Of a stretch of 29,483 nt of DNA, positions 26,435 through 29,483 are shown piece by piece. The notes under the pieces were generated by a model. The model was given only the letters and a program-made list of their open reading frames with translations, had not been told where the DNA came from and searched no databases. The position numbers and the translations under genes are program-made. The DNA comes from a virus (taxonomy: Duplodnaviria > Caudoviricetes). Position 1 is the stretch's first letter. Every line of letters starts with the position of its first letter. The stretch spans positions 1 through 29,483 of the IMG/VR virus record IMGVR_UViG_3300025103_000104; one strand, given 5' to 3'.

Positions 26435-26564
26435 TTATTGGCTCCACTTCTGCATACCAATTCTTGCTTTGTGTAGCTAGCTTGTATGCTTCTGTTCTAT
26501 TACTTGTGCTGTACCAAAAGACAAGACCACCGTCAATGTCATAGAATTTCACTCTGTAAGTCAT
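26427..26564 (-). CDS. 45-aa hypothetical protein (not in ORF track)
   Basis: MTYRVKFYDIDGGLVFWYSTSNRTEAYKLATQSKNWYAEVEPINA. TAATG coupling; GAGGA RBS. Confidence 0.7.
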   Translation of the reverse strand: MTYRVKFYDIDGGLVFWYSTSNRTEAYKLATQSKNWYAEVEPINA

Positions 26565-26839
26565 TATTCTGTTTCCTCATTGTTATAATACCAAGCTGTT
26601 GGGTCATCAGGTAACACATAAGGCTTCCAATGATCAGGGTTACCATCCTCTCTTGCAGGTGGACGAAAGTCAAACATATTTTTCAATGCCCAAGACTTAT
26701 CACGCAGGTCATTTAATTGTGACAGGCGCACATCCATCATCTCCATTGAATCATCTACCATGCTGTCTATACAGATGTACACTTCCAAGAGTATCTTTAC
26801 TTCATCGCGTGTCAGTTCTGTTTTAAGTGTCTTAGTCAT
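26564..26839 (-). CDS. Hypothetical early protein
   Basis: 91-aa ORF, AAGGAG RBS, TAATG coupling. Confidence 0.75.
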   Translation of the reverse strand: MTKTLKTELTRDEVKILLEVYICIDSMVDDSMEMMDVRLSQLNDLRDKSWALKNMFDFRPPAREDGNPDHWKPYVLPDDPTAWYYNNEETE

Positions 26840-27054
26840 TACGCTGCTCCTTCAATCAATACATAGCGTGTGTAGTTCTGGCCTGTCGTAGGATGTTTAC
26901 CCTTAACACCATCAATGCGGTAACCTGACTTGCGTAGCTCACTGATACGCTTGGTGAATGACTGAATGCTGTAATCTAGCATGGCTTCACGTTGGGTCAG
27001 TCCCTTGGTTGCACGTAGGTGTTTAATAATCTTAGCGTTTTGTGTGGTTTTCAT
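26839..27054 (-). CDS. Winged helix-turn-helix DNA-binding protein (HTH_39-like)
   Basis: TQ...I..HL....LT..EA...Y.I.....RISELR..GY.I......Y.L pattern. Confidence 0.85.
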   Translation of the reverse strand: MKTTQNAKIIKHLRATKGLTQREAMLDYSIQSFTKRISELRKSGYRIDGVKGKHPTTGQNYTRYVLIEGAA

Positions 27055-27194
27055 TGTACTACCTCTATTTGTGTTTTGATACCTTCCATGCGGCTATACT
27101 TTTCCGCATGTCTTTCTGCTTCATCCATACGCTTCACTGTGTGATAGCATATCTCTTTGTTAGTCTTAGTGCTTGTCAATATGATGCGTATCAT
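27051..27194 (-). CDS. 47-aa hypothetical protein (not in ORF track)
   Basis: MIRIILTSTKTNKEICYHTVKRMDEAERHAEKYSRMEGIKTQIEVVQ. ATGA overlaps at both ends. Confidence 0.7.
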   Translation of the reverse strand: MIRIILTSTKTNKEICYHTVKRMDEAERHAEKYSRMEGIKTQIEVVQ

Positions 27195-27406
27195 GATGCC
27201 GCCTTACCAAAGTCATCCTTAAACATATCAAGCCAGTCATGAGGGTTGAGGCCAGTTTTAATAAACTCCCTCTCAGCATCGTGTAGGTCTGGCATGGCGT
27301 CTTGAATTAGCATACCCCCTTCCCAAGCCTGTAACTGCGAGGCAGTCACGTTTATTTCCATAGTTACCTTCTTGCCCGACCAAGGGCTGCGGCGTGTTAC
27401 TTTCAT
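27191..27406 (-). CDS. Conserved small phage protein
   Basis: RRSPWSGK...W..G.LIQDAMP.L...EREFIKTG....W pattern, common in diverse phages. AAGGAG RBS. Confidence 0.8.
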   Translation of the reverse strand: MKVTRRSPWSGKKVTMEINVTASQLQAWEGGMLIQDAMPDLHDAEREFIKTGLNPHDWLDMFKDDFGKAAS

Positions 27407-27597
27407 GTGTCTAGCTCCTTTATATAACAGTTTTTCATCTCACTGCCATCCATTGCTCCACCGAAACCATTGGCAGTGTATCTTATTGTGATTGCTGGGC
27501 CATTAGGTAGGTTTTCCCACTTAACACGGTAGCCATCATTGATCCAACGTACATCATCACCATTGGCTAATGCCTGTGTCAATTCTCTTAGTTGCAT
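27403..27597 (-). CDS. Hypothetical early protein
   Basis: 64-aa ORF with AAGGA RBS. Confidence 0.7.
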   Translation of the reverse strand: MQLRELTQALANGDDVRWINDGYRVKWENLPNGPAITIRYTANGFGGAMDGSEMKNCYIKELDT

Positions 27598-27601
27598 TAT
27601 T

Positions 27602-27775
27602 CTAATCCTTCTGCTTACTGTTCATTTGTGCACATATATCTATCAATGTGTCAACACTTTTCTTTGGGATGGTTAGATTGTACTGCGTAGCATCATGCGC
27701 CACACACATCTCACCTGTGTCATACAAACGTGCTACCCATCCTTGACCTAAGTCATGTGTTTTAGTTAATTGCAT
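27602..27775 (-). CDS. 57-aa hypothetical protein (not in ORF track)
   Basis: MQLTKTHDLGQGWVARLYDTGEMCVAHDATQYNLTIPKKSVDTLIDICAQMNSKQKD. AGGAG RBS. Confidence 0.75.
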   Translation of the reverse strand: MQLTKTHDLGQGWVARLYDTGEMCVAHDATQYNLTIPKKSVDTLIDICAQMNSKQKD

Positions 27776-27996
27776 AGTTCTATCTCCTGTTTAATTGCTT
27801 CCAGTGCATTGATAAGCCCATCAATAGTGTCATCAAATCTGATAGGGTCATAGTCATCATGATGCAGTTCACCAACGTCTGCTATCTCTTGTGCGTTTAG
27901 AAAGTCACCCTCACTTGTACGGCTCCAATGTTGAGCGATTGATATGGTGCGTCCCTTATGACGTATCACAATATTGTTGAAGTCAATCTTGGTCAT
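27766..27996 (-). CDS. Hypothetical early protein
   Basis: MTKIDFNN...; AGGAAGG RBS before ATG 27996. The longer track start overlaps the upstream gene. Confidence 0.7.
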   Translation of the reverse strand: MTKIDFNNIVIRHKGRTISIAQHWSRTSEGDFLNAQEIADVGELHHDDYDPIRFDDTIDGLINALEAIKQEIELCN

Positions 27997-28033
27997 AGTA
28001 GTACCTTCCTGTGTTTGTGTGGTGTGGTGACGC

Positions 28034-28753
28034 CTAAGCATCAACCACGAAACCAGATGTATCTTTCTTAGCTTTGCCCTTAGCATATAGCGCTACAATG
28101 TGGCCCCCTTTTGGGTCTAGTATGCGTAGGTCATCAGCGTCACCATTCACAACAGGCAAGCCCTGCCATGTCTTAGCGTTGAATGCTTTGCGAAATACCG
28201 TTGCCACGTTCATGCCACGATCTAATGCGGTTTTCATCATGGCAGCGTAACTATCTGATGCGCCACTATAGGACCAAGTTAAATGGTAATTCTTAATATG
28301 TGCCGTGTTGCGATTCGCTATCTTAGTATAATCATAAAACTGGACGCGTGGGAACAATTCAAAGATAGTATAGCCATCAAGCTTGACCAGTTCCCAACGT
28401 ATATCTGTTGTACCATTGAGACGAACCACAGGTTGAATGCCTCGCTTGCTACAATAGTTTTGAAACTTGGCAATGTCTTGCATAAGCTGACGCATGAAAC
28501 CATCACGATCAGAGTAAAACCATTGTGCTTTGCGTTCCCTTGCGGTTTGAACGCTATTCATAGCACCACGGCCAGCAGTATTTAAGCAAGCATCAATGCA
28601 ACCAGCTTGTTCTGCCATAGCACAAGAGTTAAATGTTTTGCCTTTAACTGATACTTTCCACGGCGTCATGTATACAATAGCAGTAAGATATTCGTCACCG
28701 TCACCCTTAACTGTCTTGGCGTTAGTGCCAACCCCTAAAAGCTTATAAGTCAT
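28034..28753 (-). CDS. GP88-like protein (Cys-triad, radical-SAM-like fold suspected)
   Basis: SCAMAEQAGCIDACL, VRLNGTTDI, QFYDYTK, NYHLTWS, GDADDLRILDP, L.AKG. Confidence 0.75.
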   Translation of the reverse strand: MTYKLLGVGTNAKTVKGDGDEYLTAIVYMTPWKVSVKGKTFNSCAMAEQAGCIDACLNTAGRGAMNSVQTARERKAQWFYSDRDGFMRQLMQDIAKFQNYCSKRGIQPVVRLNGTTDIRWELVKLDGYTIFELFPRVQFYDYTKIANRNTAHIKNYHLTWSYSGASDSYAAMMKTALDRGMNVATVFRKAFNAKTWQGLPVVNGDADDLRILDPKGGHIVALYAKGKAKKDTSGFVVDA

Positions 28754-28781
28754 TGTGTCACCTTTCTGTTTGTGTTGCCCT

Positions 28782-28811
28782 ATCGTGGACTGATTCGGTT
28801 TACTTAGTCAA
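28782..28811 (-). promoter_or_regulatory. Putative early promoter TTGACT-N18-CACGAT with TGATTCG (GANTC) in the spacer
   Basis: A-tract upstream, AC-rich leader and RBS downstream. Same geometry as the promoter at 29185-29214. Confidence 0.5.
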
Positions 28812-28954
28812 GTATTAATTTTTGTAGTCCTGTCTTCTATGTTTTGGTGGCTCATGTGTCTCACCTATGCAGGACTTGCTAACACCTGCGAGCTTGTAAA
28901 CATTAAGGCAAAGTATCAAGGCGCGAAGCTACTCTTTGCGTTTAACTTTCCATC

Positions 28955-28978
28955 ATAGCACCACCGTAGCGATGCTAT
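28955..28978 (-). other. Stable hairpin with c(UACG)g tetraloop; possible RNase III site or RNA stabiliser
   Basis: On -: ATAGCATCGC-TACG-GTGGTGCTAT, a 10-bp stem with 2 G-U pairs that only pair on this strand. Confidence 0.7.
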
Positions 28979-28987
28979 CAAAGACAG

Positions 28988-29149
28988 TTAAGCTATCAAT
29001 TCTTGTATTTTTTCAAGCTTTTCTGTCCATAGTCTTTTATAGGTTTTATAGCTATCATCATAGGCGTTTAACTTTTCATTAAATATTGAGTAAAAAACAC
29101 CATAGCCTTCAACTAACTTTATCAGTTCAATTTGCTTATCTTTTGTCAT
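28988..29149 (-). CDS. First visible early gene, 53-aa hypothetical protein (AT-rich)
   Basis: MTKDKQIELIK...; ATG 29149 follows an AC-rich leader. The track's upstream extension lies in the promoter region. Confidence 0.6.
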   Translation of the reverse strand: MTKDKQIELIKLVEGYGVFYSIFNEKLNAYDDSYKTYKRLWTEKLEKIQELIA

Positions 29150-29184
29150 GTCGTTTCTTTCTGTGTTTGTGTTTCGATGTAACA

Positions 29185-29214
29185 AGCATGCGCAGATACA
29201 ATTCAGTATTGCAA
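29185..29214 (-). promoter_or_regulatory. Putative early promoter TTGCAA-N18-CATGCT
   Basis: AT-rich UP-like tract upstream; leader ACACAAACACAGAAAG downstream. Confidence 0.45.
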
Positions 29215-29246
29215 CAATTATTTTAGTTATTTGTTAAACTTTCTTA

Positions 29247-29259
29247 TAAGCTATTGATA
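29247..29259 (-). promoter_or_regulatory. IHF consensus site TATCAATAGCTTA
   Basis: Exact match to WATCAANNNNTTR, with a T-tract on its 5' side, in non-coding DNA. Confidence 0.6.
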
Positions 29260-29386
29260 ATAAACAAAAACAATTAGTAAAACCTTGGATGAGTTAAAGC
29301 TTTGAAGCCTAGCACTCATTATACTTATATAAGCTCTACTCTAGGTTGCATAACTAGGATTGACGCAGCTTAAAAGCGACTGGCTG

Positions 29387-29474
29387 TTTGTGATCACAAA
29401 TAATGGTAGGCTTGGTAGAGTGTGATCACAAATGTAATGCATGCACGTCTAGTGGTGTATTCTGTGATCACAAA
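29387..29474. repeat. Three copies of palindromic TGTGATCACA(AA)
   Basis: Copies start at 29389, 29421 and 29463. The first extends to the 14-bp perfect palindrome TTTGTGATCACAAA. Confidence 0.95.
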
Positions 29475-29483
29475 AGAGGGGTG

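Larger units (their letters stand above)
1..29483. mobile_element. Partial genome of an HMO-2011-type marine podophage, integrase-encoding, probable Roseobacter-group host
   Basis: All recognisable genes are phage-type. PolA has a DnaJ-like Zn-finger insert. Gene order int-primase-thyX-helicase-pol-SSB-exo-endo-RNR on -, virion genes on +. No host housekeeping genes. Confidence 0.9.

Noticed and set aside
27146-27179. TTGACA...TATGCT promoter on the minus strand
   Set aside because: Spacer is 22 nt and the site lies inside a coupled ORF.
29389-29474. CRP/FNR binding sites
   Set aside because: CRP needs TGTGA-N6-TCACA; here the half-sites have no spacer.
29387-29483. Repeats with 20-30 nt unique spacers as a possible mini-CRISPR array, given the Cas4-like gene
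   Set aside because: The repeat is only 12 bp, spacers are unequal (20 and 30 nt), and there are no cas1/cas2 or effector genes.
1-29483. tRNA, rRNA or T7-type RNA polymerase gene and its promoters
   Set aside because: No cloverleaf, rRNA-like segment, RNAP-sized early ORF or repeated 23-bp promoter was seen. The genome continues beyond the window, so absence is not proven.

Overview
About 29.5 kb of a marine podovirus genome, most consistent with an HMO-2011-type phage. The diagnostic features are a family-A DNA polymerase with a DnaJ-like double CxxCxGxG insert, a tyrosine integrase, separate primase and helicase genes, and no RNA polymerase gene in the visible early region. The host is probably Roseobacter/Rhodobacterales (inference from an SxRPxxRP motif and a class II RNR). 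The + strand (1-11966) carries the end of the virion arm: a tail chaperone, a DUF6127-like membrane protein, a 1098-aa protein with 22-aa Gln/Asn repeats, a lysozyme-domain protein, a holin-like protein and large probable internal virion proteins. The - strand (29149 to 11989) carries small early genes, a GP88-like protein, an HTH protein, integrase, primase, ThyX, helicase, polymerase, SSB, a Cas4-like exonuclease, endonuclease I, DUF3310, a MazG-like protein, NrdJ, glutaredoxin, a T5orf172-like nuclease, PhoH and a 68-aa Acb2/Tad1-like protein. The arms converge on one hairpin terminator. Best leads: a candidate immune-signal sponge after phoH; a hendecad-repeat candidate DNA-ejection tube; a right-end region with three helically phased TGTGATCACA palindromes and an IHF site; twin non-canonical early promoters, one with a GcrA-type TGATTCG site; and a multi-hairpin non-coding early segment. 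All family calls are from motif recognition by eye; no searches were run.
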